The position numbers and the translations under genes were made by a program. Positions 20,546 through 32,087 of a stretch of DNA of 64,000 nucleotides are shown piece after piece. Position 1 is the stretch's first letter. Every line of letters starts with the position of its first letter. A model generated the notes under the pieces. That model was not told the origin of the DNA, ran no database searches, and worked only from the letters and a program-made list of their open reading frames with translations. Source of the DNA: Azonexaceae bacterium. GTDB lineage: Bacteria > Pseudomonadota > Gammaproteobacteria > Burkholderiales > Rhodocyclaceae. The stretch is taken from the NCBI GenBank assembly GCA_009469675.1, contig SSSZ01000048.1, positions 10,570 through 74,569 on the forward strand. Direction: 5' to 3'.

Positions 20546-22849
20546 TCAAAAAGTAGTACCCAGCTGGAACTGGAAACGCTCGGATTTGTCGCCCGGCTTG
20601 TCGTTCAGCGGTTGGGCAATGCTGAACTTGAGCGGCCCCAGGGGCGAAATCCAGGCCGCCGAAATCCCCGTCGAACTCCGCAGGTTGCTCAACTCCAGTT
20701 TTTCGCCCTTGGCAAAGACGTTGCCCATATCGAAGAAGAGTCCGAGGCGCAGGGATTTCTCAAGGCCCGGGAAACCCCAGAGCAATTCGGCGTTGCCCAC
20801 GACCCGGCGGTTGCCGCCCAGGCGGTCGTCGGTGAAGGAACACACGGCGGGACTTCCGGTACAGAGCTGGTCGCGGGGACCGAGGCTGGCGGTGGCATAG
20901 CCGCGAACCGAGCCGATGCCGCCGGCATAGAAATTCTTGTAGAACGGCAAGCCCTGGCCGGCGTACCCGTTGGCCGTCCCAAGCTCGCCGTTGACCAGCA
21001 GGGTGAAGTCCTTTGACAGAGGGAAGAAATGCTGCAACTGGTAGCTGGCCCGATAGTACTTGAGGTCGCCCCCGGGAACCGCAACCTCAAACCCCGCCCG
21101 CTGGAAGGTGCCGGAAGTGGGATAGATGAAGCTGTCCTTGCCGTCGCTGACCCAGTTGAAGGTCAGAGGAAGCGACAGATTGGTCTTGCCGAACTCGCGG
21201 ACGAAATCGATGTAGCGTTTGGGGCTGTCGGAGAAGGTCTCAACCGAAGTGGAGTCGATGCCGACCCCGAGCACGATCGATTCCTTTTCCGCGATGGGGA
21301 AGCCGAAACGCAGGCCGCCGCCGGTGGACGCGGTCTTGTAGTTGCCCACCGTCAGGGAGGTGGGGTTGACCGTACGGTGGTAGACGTCCCAGCCCTGGCT
21401 GATGCCGTCGATGGTGAAATAGGGATCGGTGTAGGAAAAGGCGATGACTTTGTTGATCTTGCCCGTATTGAGCTGGGCGCTGACGTTCTTACCGCTGCCG
21501 AAGATGTTGTTCTGGGCGATCGACCCGGAGAGCACGATTTTTTCCGTCGTCGAGAAGCCCACGCCGAGCATCAGGTTGCCGGTGGGTTTTTCCGTGACAT
21601 TAAGATTGACGTCGAGCTGGTCGGCGGTCCCCGCCACGGCGGGGGTCTCGACGGTCACCTCCTGGAAGATGCCGAGCTTGTCGACGCGCTGCTTGGAGAG
21701 CGCCACCTTGCCCGCGTCGTACCAGCCGCCTTCCATCTGGCGCATTTCGCGGCGGATTACCTCGTCCCGGGTCTTGGTGTTGCCGGTAATGTTCACCCGC
21801 CGGACATAGACCCGCTTGCCCGGGTCGACGAAAATGGTGAAGGCGACCTGGTGCTTTTCCTTGTCCAGTTCCGGCGCCGCATTGACGTTGGCAAAGGCGT
21901 AGCCGTCCTTGCCCAGGCGGTCGCTGATCGCCTTGGTTGAATCGTTGAGTTTTTCCCGGGAGAAGACGTCCCCCGGCTTGACCTTGACCAGGGTGCGCAG
22001 CTCGGCCTCGCTCAAGGTCAGGTCGCCCGCCAGCTTGACCGAAGAAACTTGGAAACGCTCGCCTTCGGTGATGTTGATCGTGATGTAGACGTCCTGCTTG
22101 TCCGGCGAAATGGAAACCTGGGTCGATTCGACGTTGAACTCGAGGTAGCCCCGGTTCATGTAGAAGGACTTGAGCTTTTCCAGGTCGGCCGACAGCTTCT
22201 GGCGCGAATACTGGTCGTTCTTGGTGTACCAGGTGATCCAGCCGGGGGTCGTCAGTTCGAAGAGGGACAGCAGGTCTTTTTCCTTGAAGTCCTTGTTGCC
22301 GACGACGCTGATCTGCTTGATCTTGGCCGCCTGGCCTTCCTCGATGTTGAAATTGATGCCGACCCGGTTGCGCTCCAGCGGCGTGATGGTCGTCGTGATA
22401 TTGACGCCGTATTTGCCCCGGGCGAGGTACTGCCGCTTCAATTCCTGCTCGGCCTTGTCGAGGAGCGAGCGGTCGAAGATGCGGCCGTCGGCGATGCCGG
22501 TTTCCTTCAAGGCCTTGAGGATCTGGTCCTTTTCGAATTCCTTCATGCCGACGAAGGCAATCTGGGCGATGGCCGGGCGCTCCTGCAGCACCACCACCAT
22601 GACGTTGGCCTCGACCTCGATGCGCACGTCCTTGAAGAAGCCCGTGGCGAAAAGTGCCTTGATCGCCTGGGCGGCCTTGTCGTCGGTGAGGGTGTCGCCG
22701 ACCTTGACCGGAAGGTAGCTGAAGACGGTGCCGGCTTCGGTGCGCTGAATGCCTTCGATACGGATATCCTTGATGGCGAAAGGCTCGAAAGCCAGCGCGG
22801 GCAGGGCGAACACGCCAGCCAGGAGGGTAGCCAACAGGGGTTTTTTCAT
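20546..22849 (-). CDS. bamA: outer membrane protein assembly factor BamA
   Basis: ORF track 767 aa. Signal peptide, POTRA repeats (IKDIRIEGIQRTEAGTV...) and a C-terminal beta-barrel ending ...FQFQLGTTF. Confidence 0.96.
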   Translation of the reverse strand: MKKPLLATLLAGVFALPALAFEPFAIKDIRIEGIQRTEAGTVFSYLPVKVGDTLTDDKAAQAIKALFATGFFKDVRIEVEANVMVVVLQERPAIAQIAFVGMKEFEKDQILKALKETGIADGRIFDRSLLDKAEQELKRQYLARGKYGVNITTTITPLERNRVGINFNIEEGQAAKIKQISVVGNKDFKEKDLLSLFELTTPGWITWYTKNDQYSRQKLSADLEKLKSFYMNRGYLEFNVESTQVSISPDKQDVYITINITEGERFQVSSVKLAGDLTLSEAELRTLVKVKPGDVFSREKLNDSTKAISDRLGKDGYAFANVNAAPELDKEKHQVAFTIFVDPGKRVYVRRVNITGNTKTRDEVIRREMRQMEGGWYDAGKVALSKQRVDKLGIFQEVTVETPAVAGTADQLDVNLNVTEKPTGNLMLGVGFSTTEKIVLSGSIAQNNIFGSGKNVSAQLNTGKINKVIAFSYTDPYFTIDGISQGWDVYHRTVNPTSLTVGNYKTASTGGGLRFGFPIAEKESIVLGVGIDSTSVETFSDSPKRYIDFVREFGKTNLSLPLTFNWVSDGKDSFIYPTSGTFQRAGFEVAVPGGDLKYYRASYQLQHFFPLSKDFTLLVNGELGTANGYAGQGLPFYKNFYAGGIGSVRGYATASLGPRDQLCTGSPAVCSFTDDRLGGNRRVVGNAELLWGFPGLEKSLRLGLFFDMGNVFAKGEKLELSNLRSSTGISAAWISPLGPLKFSIAQPLNDKPGDKSERFQFQLGTTF

Positions 22850-22851
22850 CT

Positions 22852-24219
22852 TCAGCCGGAGAGCAGGCGGTTTATGTCGTTAAAAAAGGCGAAAGCCATC
22901 AGGGCCAACAATAGGGAAAGGCCGATCTGCTGGCCGATTTCCATGGCCCGCTCCGACAGCGGGCCGCGCCTGACGACTTCGATCATATGATACATCAAAT
23001 GCCCGCCGTCCAGCACGGGGATGGGCAAGAGGTTCAACACGCCGAGGCTGATGCTGACCAGGGCCATGAATTTCAGATAATAGTCGGTACCCAGGCGGGC
23101 CGACTGCCCTGCATAGTCGGCGATGGTCACCGGCCCCGAGAGATTGCGCCAGGACACCTCGCCGGTCAGCATCTTGCCCAGCATGACGAGGCTGAAGGCC
23201 GATTTGTCCCAGGTTTCCTGGAAAGCCTTGCGGCCGGCTTCGAAGAAGCCGTAGCGGACGAAGGTCCGCACCTCCCGCCGGGGTTCGCCGCTGTCGGCGA
23301 CGGCGACGCCGATGCGGCCGACCGTCCGGCCGCGCTCCTCGGCGGCGACCGGGACGAGACTGGCTGCGAGCATCCGCTCCCCCCGCAGAAAGCTGAAAAG
23401 CAGGGTTTTTCCCGCCGATTCCCGGACCTTGACGACCAGATCCGGCCAGGTGGCGATCTCCAGCCCGTCGATCGCGACGATCCGGTCGCCGGGCTCGAGA
23501 CCTGCCTTCTCCCCGACCCCGCCTTCGAACACCTTGCCCACCACGGGCGGGATGGGGGGGCGATAAAACCCGATGCCGAGCCGGTCCAGAGCATCGCCTT
23601 CCCAGCCCTGCTCCGCGGCGGCGGCCAAGGCCAGGCGACGGATGGTGATGTGCCCTGCTTCGTCGATCAGTTCGAGGGTGGCGCTCTCCTGGTCGACGGC
23701 TTTCTGCAGGAGGAGCCAGCGCAGATCGGTCCAGGTGGCGACCGGCGTGCCATCCACCGTCCGCACCGCTTCGCCGTTGGTGATGCCGGCGGCGGCGGCC
23801 GGCGACTGGGACGGCGGCTTGCCGAGGATGGGCAGGAGTTCGTTGCTGCCAGCCATGAACACCCCCCAGTACAGAACGATGGCGAGGGCGAAATTGGCCA
23901 GGGGTCCGGCCGCCACGATGGCGCTGCGCTTGCCCACCGGCTGTCGGTTGAAGGCCCGGTGCAATTCACCCGGGGCGACCTTCCCTTCCCGCTCGTCGAG
24001 CATCTTGACGTAGCCCCCTAGGGGAAATATCCCGATCGCCCATTCGGTCTTGTCGACGCCGAGGCGGCGCTGCCAGACGGCCCGCCCAAAACCCACCGAA
24101 AAACGCAAGACCTTGACGCCGCAAAGCCGCGCCACCGTGTAGTGGCCCAATTCGTGCACCACGATGAGCACCCCGAGCACCACCAGGAAAGCCACCGTAT
24201 AGAAGGCGAAATTGCTCAC
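22852..24219 (-). CDS. rseP: RIP zinc metalloprotease RseP
   Basis: ORF track 455 aa. HELGHY zinc motif, PDZ domains and a [12 protein letters not shown] motif. Confidence 0.94.
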   Translation of the reverse strand: MSNFAFYTVAFLVVLGVLIVVHELGHYTVARLCGVKVLRFSVGFGRAVWQRRLGVDKTEWAIGIFPLGGYVKMLDEREGKVAPGELHRAFNRQPVGKRSAIVAAGPLANFALAIVLYWGVFMAGSNELLPILGKPPSQSPAAAAGITNGEAVRTVDGTPVATWTDLRWLLLQKAVDQESATLELIDEAGHITIRRLALAAAAEQGWEGDALDRLGIGFYRPPIPPVVGKVFEGGVGEKAGLEPGDRIVAIDGLEIATWPDLVVKVRESAGKTLLFSFLRGERMLAASLVPVAAEERGRTVGRIGVAVADSGEPRREVRTFVRYGFFEAGRKAFQETWDKSAFSLVMLGKMLTGEVSWRNLSGPVTIADYAGQSARLGTDYYLKFMALVSISLGVLNLLPIPVLDGGHLMYHMIEVVRRGPLSERAMEIGQQIGLSLLLALMAFAFFNDINRLLSG

Positions 24220-25406
24220 TGGACGCGCTGGTCGTGGATCAAGCGGCCGGCCAGCTGCCGGGCCTCGGCGTCGGCGGCGAGGACGTCGGCGAGACTGCCT
24301 TCAGCGCCGGCGGGCAGCCCGGCGAGGGTGGCGGCGATGAGGCGGGCGATGCCGAGGAAGGAAAGCCGGCGGTCGAGGAAGGCCTGGACCGCCACTTCGT
24401 TGGCGGCGTTGAGAATCGCCGGTGCCGTGCCGCCCGTGCGCAAGGCGTCGTAGGCCAATTGCAGGCAGGGGAAACGCTCGAAGTCGGGGGACTCGAAATC
24501 GAGGCGGGCCACCTTGAAGAGATCGAGGGGTTCGACGCCGGAATCGATACGCTCCGGATAAGCCAGGGCGTGGGCGATCGGCGTGCGCATGTCAGGATTG
24601 CCGAGCTGGGCCAGAATGGAGCCGTCCTCGTAATCGACCAGGGAGTGGATGACGCTCTGGGGATGGACGACCACCTGGATGCGCTCCGGCGGGCAGGCGA
24701 ACAACCAATGGGCCTCGATGACTTCCAGGCCTTTGTTCATCATGGTCGCCGAATCGACGGAAATCTTGCGGCCCATGACCCAGTTGGGGTGGGCGCAGGC
24801 CGCTTCCGGCGTGACCGCCGCCAGGGCGCCGATGGGCGTGCGGCGGAAGGGTCCGCCGGACGCCGTGAGGAGGATGCGGCGCACGCCGCAGGCGGCGAGT
24901 CCCCGGCCGAAATTGGCGGGAAGCGACTGGAAAATGGCGTTGTGCTCGCTATCGACGGGCAGCAGAATCGATCCGCTGGCCCGCACGGCGGCCATGAAAA
25001 GTTCGCCGGCCATGACCAGCGCCTCTTTATTGGCGAGCAGCACCTTCTTCCCGGCCCGCACCGCGGCCAGGGTAGGTTCCAGGCCGGCGGCGCCGACGAT
25101 GGCCGCCATCACGGCATCGGCTTCGGGGGCGGCGGCCATGGCCACCAGCGACTCGACGCCGTGCCGCACCTCGGTAGGCAGGCCGGCTTGCCGCAAGCGG
25201 GTCGCCAACTGGTCGGCCAGCCTGGCGTCGCGGACGACGGCGAAGCGCGGAGAAAATTCAAGACACTGGGCGAAGAGCTTGTCCACCTGGCTGTGGGCGC
25301 ACAGGGCGAACACCCCGTAGCGCTCCGGGTGCCGGCGCACCACGTCGAGGGTGCTGACGCCGATCGAACCGGTACAGCCGAGGATGGTCAGCTGCTGCCG
25401 CGTCAC
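24216..25406 (-). CDS. dxr: 1-deoxy-D-xylulose 5-phosphate reductoisomerase
   Basis: C-terminal 396 aa of ORF 24216..26141. GTG start at 25406 ([22 protein letters not shown]) overlaps the cdsA stop (GTGA). Motif [12 protein letters not shown]. Confidence 0.92.
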   Translation of the reverse strand: MTRQQLTILGCTGSIGVSTLDVVRRHPERYGVFALCAHSQVDKLFAQCLEFSPRFAVVRDARLADQLATRLRQAGLPTEVRHGVESLVAMAAAPEADAVMAAIVGAAGLEPTLAAVRAGKKVLLANKEALVMAGELFMAAVRASGSILLPVDSEHNAIFQSLPANFGRGLAACGVRRILLTASGGPFRRTPIGALAAVTPEAACAHPNWVMGRKISVDSATMMNKGLEVIEAHWLFACPPERIQVVVHPQSVIHSLVDYEDGSILAQLGNPDMRTPIAHALAYPERIDSGVEPLDLFKVARLDFESPDFERFPCLQLAYDALRTGGTAPAILNAANEVAVQAFLDRRLSFLGIARLIAATLAGLPAGAEGSLADVLAADAEARQLAGRLIHDQRVQ

Positions 25407-26221
25407 AGCCCGGCCCGCCCGGAAAGAAGCCACAGGCAGGCCACCGTCGGCAAGGTCGAGGTCAGGCTGTCGATGCGGTCGAGGACGCCGCCGTGGCCGG
25501 GCAGGATGCCGCTGCTGTCCTTGAGGCCGGCCTGGCGCTTCAACAGCGACTCGAACAGGTCGCCGAGAATGCTCACAGCGGTGACCAGGACGAGGCCGAG
25601 AATCCAGACGAATATCGAGCCGTCGCCGGCGAACACGGCATGGCGCAGGACGAAGCCGTAGACCAGGACGGCGATGCCGGCGCCGATGGCGCCCTCCCAG
25701 GTCTTGCCCGGACTCACCGTCGGCGCCAGCTTGTGGCGCCCGAAGGCACGGCCGGAAAAATAAGCGGCGATGTCGGCCAGCCAGACCACCGCCAGGATGG
25801 CCAGCAAGACCCCGGCGCCGAGGCTGCGCAACTGCACGATGGCCAGCCAGGCGGGGAGAATGACAACGAGGCCGACCAGCGCCCCGCCCACCGCACCCGA
25901 CCACTTGTAGCGCAGCCAGAGGGGCACGACGGCGAGCCAGAAGGGCAGTGCCACCAGGTACAGCGGCAGGGCCAGTCCCGGCGTGCGGCCTTCGACCACG
26001 GCCGGATAGGCCAGGGTGAGGCCGATCGCCAGAAAGCCGACGGCCGCCCCGTAGGCGATGCGCTTGGCCGCGCCCCAGCGGGCCAGGCCGCCCCACTCCC
26101 AGGCCGCCAGCCCGCTCACTGCCGCCATGAGCAGCGCCCAATGGCGTTGCGGCAGGAAAAACAGGCTGGGAAGCAGCGCAGCGAGAAGCAGGACCGCGGT
26201 GATGACGCGGGTCTTAAGCAT
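25403..26221 (-). CDS. cdsA: phosphatidate cytidylyltransferase
   Basis: C-terminal 272 aa of ORF 25403..26464, from [13 protein letters not shown]. Signature SPGKTWEG...[33 protein letters not shown]. Confidence 0.93.
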   Translation of the reverse strand: MLKTRVITAVLLLAALLPSLFFLPQRHWALLMAAVSGLAAWEWGGLARWGAAKRIAYGAAVGFLAIGLTLAYPAVVEGRTPGLALPLYLVALPFWLAVVPLWLRYKWSGAVGGALVGLVVILPAWLAIVQLRSLGAGVLLAILAVVWLADIAAYFSGRAFGRHKLAPTVSPGKTWEGAIGAGIAVLVYGFVLRHAVFAGDGSIFVWILGLVLVTAVSILGDLFESLLKRQAGLKDSSGILPGHGGVLDRIDSLTSTLPTVACLWLLSGRAGL

Positions 26222-27008
26222 GGAGGCTGGATTCCGGCGGTGGGTTGCCGCCTGCCGACCCGCCAAGCAGCTGCTCGCTGGTCCGGCCGAAGCGCCGCTC
26301 GCGCCGGAGATACGAGCCGATGGCGGCATCGAGGGCGGCGGAGTCGAACTCGGGCCACAGGGCATCGGTGAAGTAGAGTTCGGTATAGGCGAGTTGCCAG
26401 AGGAGGAAATTGCTGATGCGCTCCTCGCCGCCGGTGCGGATGAAGAGATCGGGTTCCGGCGCAAAACTCATGGCGAGAAACGGTTCCAGGTCGGTTTCCG
26501 ACCATCGGCCGCCCTGCTCCGGGTGGGCCGCAGCGAGGCGATTGACCGCCTGCATGATGTCCCAGCGGCCGCCGTAGTTGGCCGCGACGGTGAGGCAAAG
26601 CTTCTGGTTGCCGGCGGTCTTTTCCTCGGCTTCGCGGATGAGCTGCTGCAACTTGGGGTCGAAGCGGGTCAGGTCGCCGACGATGCGCAGGCGCACGCCA
26701 TTGCGGTGGAGTTTGACGATCTCCTGCTGCAGCGCCTTGACGAAGAGTTGCATGAGAAGGCTGACCTCGTCCTGGGGGCGCCGCCAGTTTTCGGAACTGA
26801 AGGCGAACAGGGTGAGGTATTCGACGCCGCGCTCAAGGCAGGCCTTGACCATTGCGCGCACCGTCTCGACCCCTTTTTTGTGGCCGGCGAAGCGGGGAAG
26901 GAAGCGCTTCTTGGCCCAACGGCCGTTGCCGTCCATGATGACCGCGATGTGCCGCGGCACGGCGGCCGCGGCCGGTACATCGCGGGTCGAGCTGGTGAAG
27001 TTGGGCAT
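26214..27008 (-). CDS. uppS: undecaprenyl diphosphate synthase
   Basis: ORF track 264 aa. [44 protein letters not shown]. Confidence 0.95.
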   Translation of the reverse strand: MPNFTSSTRDVPAAAAVPRHIAVIMDGNGRWAKKRFLPRFAGHKKGVETVRAMVKACLERGVEYLTLFAFSSENWRRPQDEVSLLMQLFVKALQQEIVKLHRNGVRLRIVGDLTRFDPKLQQLIREAEEKTAGNQKLCLTVAANYGGRWDIMQAVNRLAAAHPEQGGRWSETDLEPFLAMSFAPEPDLFIRTGGEERISNFLLWQLAYTELYFTDALWPEFDSAALDAAIGSYLRRERRFGRTSEQLLGGSAGGNPPPESSLHA

Positions 27009-27027
27009 CCGCTGCGGGCCTGAGTTC

Positions 27028-27585
27028 TCAGACCTGCATCAACTCGGCCTCTTTTTGGGCCAGCATCTTGTCTACTTCGGCGATGTATTTATCGGTCAGC
27101 TTCTGCACGTCGTCCTGGGCGCGACGCTCGTCGTCCTCGGGAATTTCGTGCTTCTTGAGGGCGTCCTTCAAGTGGGTGTTGGCGTCGCGGCGCAGGTTGC
27201 GGATCGCCACCTTGGCGGTTTCGCCTTCCTGCTTGACGACCTTGATGAGCTCTTTGCGCCGCTCTTCCGTCAGGGCGGGCATCGGCACGCGGATGAGATC
27301 GCCCTGGGAAGCAGGGTTGAGCCCCAGGTCGGAATCGCGGATGGCCTTTTCGACCTTCTGCAGCATGTTCTTTTCCCAGGGCTGGACGCCGATGGTGCGG
27401 GAATCGACCAGGGTGACGTTGGCCACCTGGTTCACCGGCACCAGGGAGCCGTAATAATCGACCTGAACATGGTCGAGTAGACCGGTATGAGCCCGACCGG
27501 TACGCACCTTGGCGAGATCGGCCTTCAATGCCTCGAGCGAACGCTGCATCTTGTGCTCGGCGGTTTTCTTGAGTTCCTGGATCAT
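27028..27585 (-). CDS. frr: ribosome recycling factor
   Basis: C-terminal 185 aa of ORF 27028..28941, from [32 protein letters not shown]. Confidence 0.96.
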   Translation of the reverse strand: MIQELKKTAEHKMQRSLEALKADLAKVRTGRAHTGLLDHVQVDYYGSLVPVNQVANVTLVDSRTIGVQPWEKNMLQKVEKAIRDSDLGLNPASQGDLIRVPMPALTEERRKELIKVVKQEGETAKVAIRNLRRDANTHLKDALKKHEIPEDDERRAQDDVQKLTDKYIAEVDKMLAQKEAELMQV

Positions 27586-27596
27586 ATCGTCCTCCG

Positions 27597-28313
27597 TCAG
27601 CAGTAAACCAGCGTGCCTTCGTCCTCGCCGCAAACGACGCGCTTCAACGCGCCGGCCTTGAAGATGGAAAACACGTTGATCGGCAATTTCTGGTCGCGGC
27701 AGAGCGCGAAGGCGGTCGCATCCATGACCGCGAGATTCCTGGCGATCGCTTCGTTGAAGCTGATCTTGTCGTAGCGCGTGGCGCTGGGGTCTTTTTTGGG
27801 ATCGGCGGAATAGATGCCGTCCACCTTGGTCGCCTTCAAGACGATTTCGGCGCCGATTTCCGAACCGCGCAGGGCTGCGGCGGTGTCGGTGGTAAAGAAG
27901 GGGTTGCCGGTGCCTGCCCCGAAGATGACAATCTTGCCTTCTTCGAGATAGCGGATGGCCTTGCCCCGGATGTAGGGTTCGACCACCTGCTCGATATTGA
28001 GCGCCGACTGCACCCGGGCGTTGAGCCCGCCCTGGCGCATGGCGTCGGACAGGGCCATGGCGTTCATCACCGTGGCCAGCATGCCCATGTAGTCGGCGGT
28101 GGCGCGATCCATCCCGGTGGCCGTGCCGGCCATGCCGCGGAAGATGTTGCCGCCGCCGATGACGACGCCGATTTCCACCCCCAGATCGGCCACCGCCTTG
28201 ATCTCTCCGACAATTTCCGCGATGGTCTGCGGGTTGATGCCGTAGGCGTCCGACCCCATGAGGGCCTCGCCGGAGAGTTTGAGGAGGATGCGTTTGTATC
28301 TGGGTGTGGTCAT
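27597..28313 (-). CDS. pyrH: UMP kinase
   Basis: ORF track 27597..28328. The internal ATG at 28313 is preceded by [30 protein letters not shown]. Confidence 0.95.
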   Translation of the reverse strand: MTTPRYKRILLKLSGEALMGSDAYGINPQTIAEIVGEIKAVADLGVEIGVVIGGGNIFRGMAGTATGMDRATADYMGMLATVMNAMALSDAMRQGGLNARVQSALNIEQVVEPYIRGKAIRYLEEGKIVIFGAGTGNPFFTTDTAAALRGSEIGAEIVLKATKVDGIYSADPKKDPSATRYDKISFNEAIARNLAVMDATAFALCRDQKLPINVFSIFKAGALKRVVCGEDEGTLVYC

Positions 28314-28331
28314 CGGGTGTCCTTGCAACGG

Positions 28332-29231
28332 TTACTTCTTGGCAGCGGCGGCAGCGGCCTGGGCGGCGACTTCGGCGGCGAAATCGTCCACCTTCTTCTC
28401 GATGCCCTCGCCCACCACGTAGAGCGTAAAGCCGGCTACGGAAGCGCCCTTCTGCTTCAGGAGTTGCTCGATGGTCTGCTTGCCATCCTCGGCCTTGACG
28501 AAGACCTGGCCGAGCAGGGTAACTTCCTTGAGGTATTTCTGCACGGTACCTTCTGCGATCTTCTCGAGCATGGCTTCCGGCTTGCCGGATTCGCGGGCCT
28601 TCTCGATGGCGATGCGGCGTTCGGTGTCGAGCAGTTCGGCAGAAACGCCCGAGGCGTCGATGGACTTCGGCTTGGAGGCGGCGATGTGCATGGCCAGATC
28701 CTTGGCCAGCTGCTCGTCGCCGCCGACCACGTCGATCAGGACGCCGATCTTGGCGCCGCCGTGCACGTAGGTGGCCAGCTTGCCCTTGGCTTCGACGCGG
28801 ACGAAGCGGCGGATCGACATGTTTTCGCCGATCTTGCCGACCAGGGCGGAACGGGTGGATTCGACCGTGCCCTCGCCCAGGGGCAAGGCGGACAGGGCGG
28901 CGACGTCGGCCGGATTCTTGCTCGCCACCAGGTCGGCACAACCCTTGGCCAGCGCCAGGAACTCGTCGTTCTTGGCGACGAAATCGGTTTCGCTATTGAC
29001 TTCGACCACGGCGCCGACCTTGCCGTCGGCGGACAGGGACATGCAGACCACGCCTTCGGCCGCGACGCGGGCAGCGGCCTTGCTGGCCTTGTTGCCGAGC
29101 TTGACGCGGAGGATTTCCTCGGCCTTGGCCATGTCGCCGTCGGCTTCGGTCAAGGCCTTCTTGCATTCCATCATGGGTGCGTCGGTCTTGCCACGCAGTT
29201 CTGCCACCATGCTTGCGGTGATTGCCGCCAT
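28332..29231 (-). CDS. tsf: translation elongation factor Ts
   Basis: ORF track 28332..29285. The internal ATG at 29231 is preceded by [33 protein letters not shown]. Confidence 0.96.
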   Translation of the reverse strand: MAAITASMVAELRGKTDAPMMECKKALTEADGDMAKAEEILRVKLGNKASKAAARVAAEGVVCMSLSADGKVGAVVEVNSETDFVAKNDEFLALAKGCADLVASKNPADVAALSALPLGEGTVESTRSALVGKIGENMSIRRFVRVEAKGKLATYVHGGAKIGVLIDVVGGDEQLAKDLAMHIAASKPKSIDASGVSAELLDTERRIAIEKARESGKPEAMLEKIAEGTVQKYLKEVTLLGQVFVKAEDGKQTIEQLLKQKGASVAGFTLYVVGEGIEKKVDDFAAEVAAQAAAAAAKK

Positions 29232-29297
29232 ACTTCTTCTCCTGAACTTTTCAAACCGGCGGGGCCGGGCGCCCCGCCGTGACAACCTTACTCCGCC

Positions 29298-30047
29298 TTA
29301 TTCGGCGGATTCTTCGACCACTTCGACGAACTCGTCGTCGCCGCCGGCGGCGACGATCTCCTGGACGACCTGGCTGCGGCCCTCGAGGATGGCATCGGCC
29401 ACGCCGCGGGCGTAGAGGCGGATGGCGCGGGAGGAATCGTCGTTACCCGGGATGACGTAGGCCACACTCTCCGGGGAATGGTTGGTATCGACCACGCCGA
29501 TGACCGGGATGCCGAGCTTGGCGGCTTCCGTGACGGCGATCTTGTGGTAGCCGACGTCGACGATGAAGATGGCGTCGGGCAGGCCGTTCATGTCCTTGAT
29601 GCCGCCGATGGACTTCTGCAGTTTTTCCAGTTCGCGGCGGAAGGTCAGGGCTTCCTTCTTGGGCATTTTCTCGAGTTCGCCGGCTTCGACAGCCAGTTCC
29701 ATGTCCTTCAGACGCTTGATCGAGGTCTTGACCGTCTTGAAGTTAGTCAGCATGCCGCCCAGCCAGCGCTGTTCGACGAAGGGGGCGTTGGCGCGCTGGG
29801 CTTCCTCGGCCATGATCTCGCGGGCCTGGCGCTTGGTGCCGACGAAGAGGATGTTGCCCCGGTTGGAAGCAAGCTTCTTCACGAAGGCCATGGCTTCGTT
29901 GTACTTGGCCAGGGTCTGTTCGAGGTTGACGATGTGGATCTTGTTGCGGGCGCCGAAGATGTAGGGAGCCATCTTGGGGCTCCAGAAACGGGTCTGGTGG
30001 CCGAAGTGCACGCCGGCCTCCAGCATTTGACGCATGGTCACGGACAT
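29298..30047 (-). CDS. rpsB: 30S ribosomal protein S2
   Basis: ORF track 249 aa. [34 protein letters not shown] upstream. Confidence 0.97.
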   Translation of the reverse strand: MSVTMRQMLEAGVHFGHQTRFWSPKMAPYIFGARNKIHIVNLEQTLAKYNEAMAFVKKLASNRGNILFVGTKRQAREIMAEEAQRANAPFVEQRWLGGMLTNFKTVKTSIKRLKDMELAVEAGELEKMPKKEALTFRRELEKLQKSIGGIKDMNGLPDAIFIVDVGYHKIAVTEAAKLGIPVIGVVDTNHSPESVAYVIPGNDDSSRAIRLYARGVADAILEGRSQVVQEIVAAGGDDEFVEVVEESAE

Positions 30048-30205
30048 TCTAAAACTCCTTTAAGGGTTGTACCGCCACCCGCCGGAAACGCCCGCCATTG
30101 TTTGGTTTCTGGCGGACACCCTTAATCGGCGGGTGTGTGGATTAGGCTGCGCACACCGTGCACGCAACCGCTTTTTCCTGCCTTTCGGCGCGAAAAAACT
30201 TTTGG

Positions 30206-30214
30206 ATTATACCA
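30206..30214 (-). promoter_or_regulatory. extended -10 promoter element TGGTATAAT (minus strand), about 160 nt upstream of rpsB, implying a long structured rpsB leader
   Basis: The plus strand reads ATTATACCA at 30206-30214. The 5' leader between it and rpsB contains GC-rich hairpins (for example CCGCCAGAAACCAAACAATGGCGG). No convincing -35 element was seen. Confidence 0.45.
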
Positions 30215-30260
30215 TCGGTCCGGCCGGCAAAAGAAGGCCCGCTCCGGCATTCCGAGCAAT

Positions 30261-31172
30261 TCAGTAGCCTTGCTGCTTGAGCGACAGCAATTGCAGCAGG
30301 CGCTCCAGATACGGTTGCCAGTCCGGCATCTGGAGGCCGAAATCGGTTTCCAGCCGGCGGCAGTCCAGACGGGAGTTCTTCGGACGCCGGGCGGCGGTCG
30401 GGTAGTCGCCGGTCGGAATGGGATAAACCGCCGACGGGCCCAGGCGCAAGGCAAAACCCGGGGTGCGCCCGGCCAGTTCGACGATGGTGCGGGCGAATTC
30501 GTGCCAACTGACGGGCCGCGCCGCGGCCAAGTGATAAAGCCGGGTCTCCCCCGGAGCCAGGGTCTGACCCCGTCGCACCATGGCCAGGGCGAGGCCGGTG
30601 ACCGTAGCGATCAGGGCGGCCGGAGTCGGGCTGCCCACCTGGTCGCTGACGATCTTCAGGGCGTCGCGCTCCCGGGCCAGGCGCAGGACGGTCTTGACGA
30701 AATTGCCGCCGCGGGCGCCGAACACCCAGCTCGTACGAAAAATCAGGGCGCGGGGTGCGGCGACCCGGATCGCCTCCTCTCCGGCCAGCTTGCTCCGGCC
30801 GTAGACGCTGCAGGGATTGGGGGCGTCGGTTTCCCGGTAGGGTTCGTCCTGTTCGCCGCCGAAAACGTAATCGGTCGAATAATGGATGAGCAGGCTGCCC
30901 AGGGCCGCCGCTTCTTCGGCCAGGATGCCGGGGGCCGTGCCGTTGATGCGCTGGGCCAGTTCCGGCTCGCTTTCGGCCCGATCGACGGCGGTATAGGCCG
31001 CCGCGTTGACGATGATGCCGGGCCGCAGCTGCCGCACGACCGCACGGACCCGGTCGGGGTCGGCCAGGTCGCATTCGGCCCGGCCGCAAGCCACAACCGG
31101 CCCATGGGGGGCGAGGGAACGCTGAAGTTGCCAGCCGACCTGCCCGTCGCGGCCAAGAAGGAGGATGGTCAT
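30261..31172 (-). CDS. rfbD: dTDP-4-dehydrorhamnose reductase
   Basis: C-terminal 303 aa of ORF 30261..32006, from MTILLLGRDGQVGWQL. Motifs NAAAYTAVDRAE, STDYVFGG, YGRSKLAGE and SDQVGSPT. Confidence 0.9.
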   Translation of the reverse strand: MTILLLGRDGQVGWQLQRSLAPHGPVVACGRAECDLADPDRVRAVVRQLRPGIIVNAAAYTAVDRAESEPELAQRINGTAPGILAEEAAALGSLLIHYSTDYVFGGEQDEPYRETDAPNPCSVYGRSKLAGEEAIRVAAPRALIFRTSWVFGARGGNFVKTVLRLARERDALKIVSDQVGSPTPAALIATVTGLALAMVRRGQTLAPGETRLYHLAAARPVSWHEFARTIVELAGRTPGFALRLGPSAVYPIPTGDYPTAARRPKNSRLDCRRLETDFGLQMPDWQPYLERLLQLLSLKQQGY

Positions 31173-31286
31173 CGTAGGTGCTCCGTAAAATCGGCCGTAA
31201 GTATGCCATTTTCGCCGCCTCGGCTTTGCGAAACGCCGCGCATAATTTATTCTTCTGCCCTTCCCCAACCGTAGCAAAGCATTCCC

Positions 31287-32087
31287 ATGGGCATCCAGAT
31301 CAAGACGCCGGCAGCAATCGAAAAAATGCGCGTCGCCGGGCGCCTGGCTTCCGAAGTCCTCGACTACATCGAACCCTTCGTCAAGGCCGGCGTCACCACC
31401 GAGGAACTCGACCGCCTCTGCCACAACTACATGGTCGATATCCAGGGGTGCATCCCGGCCCCGCTCAATTACGCCCCTGCCGGCTACAAGCCCTACCCCA
31501 AGTCGATCTGCGCCTCGATCAACCACCAGGTCTGCCACGGCGTTCCCGGCGACAAGGCCCTGAAGAATGGCGACATCGTCAATCTCGACATCACCACCAT
31601 CAAGGAAGGCTTCCACGGCGACACCAGCCGCATGTTCGTGGTCGGCGAAGGGTCGATTCAGGCCCGGCGGCTCTGCGAAATCACCTTCGAATGCCTGTGG
31701 CTGGGCATTTCGGCCGTGCGGCCCGGGGCTTTCCTGGGTGATATCGGCGCCGTCATCCAGAAGCACGCCGAAAAGAACGGCTATTCGGTGGTCCGCGAAT
31801 TCTGCGGCCACGGCATCGGCGAGCGTTTCCACGAGGAACCCCAGGTTCTCCATTACGGCAAGGCAGGGTCCGGCGTCAAACTCCTGCCGGGGATGATCTT
31901 CACCATCGAGCCGATGATTAACGCCGGCAAGGCGGCGATCCGCGAGCTGGCCGACGGCTGGACCATCGTCACCAAGGATCACAGCCTTTCCGCCCAGTGG
32001 GAGCACACCATCCTGGTCAGCGAAACCGGCTACGAAGTCCTCACCCTGTCCGCCGGCTGCCGGCCCAAGCCGGAATGGATCGCGTGA
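31287..32087 (+). CDS. map: type I methionine aminopeptidase
   Basis: ORF track 266 aa. Motifs NHQVCHG, DIVNLD, GFHGD, FCGHGIG and HTILVSE. Confidence 0.96.
   Translation: MGIQIKTPAAIEKMRVAGRLASEVLDYIEPFVKAGVTTEELDRLCHNYMVDIQGCIPAPLNYAPAGYKPYPKSICASINHQVCHGVPGDKALKNGDIVNLDITTIKEGFHGDTSRMFVVGEGSIQARRLCEITFECLWLGISAVRPGAFLGDIGAVIQKHAEKNGYSVVREFCGHGIGERFHEEPQVLHYGKAGSGVKLLPGMIFTIEPMINAGKAAIRELADGWTIVTKDHSLSAQWEHTILVSETGYEVLTLSAGCRPKPEWIA

Noticed and set aside
24216-26141. Track ORFs with long N-terminal extensions that would fuse neighbouring genes (641 aa over dxr, 637 aa over frr, 581 aa over rfbD, 480 aa over the trmH-like gene, 524 aa over rnhB, 356 aa over hpt, 1035 aa over ppc)
   Set aside because: The extensions are Arg/Pro-rich, overlap the real upstream gene in another frame, and are not needed. 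Internal starts with an RBS or stop/start overlaps give proteins of canonical length.
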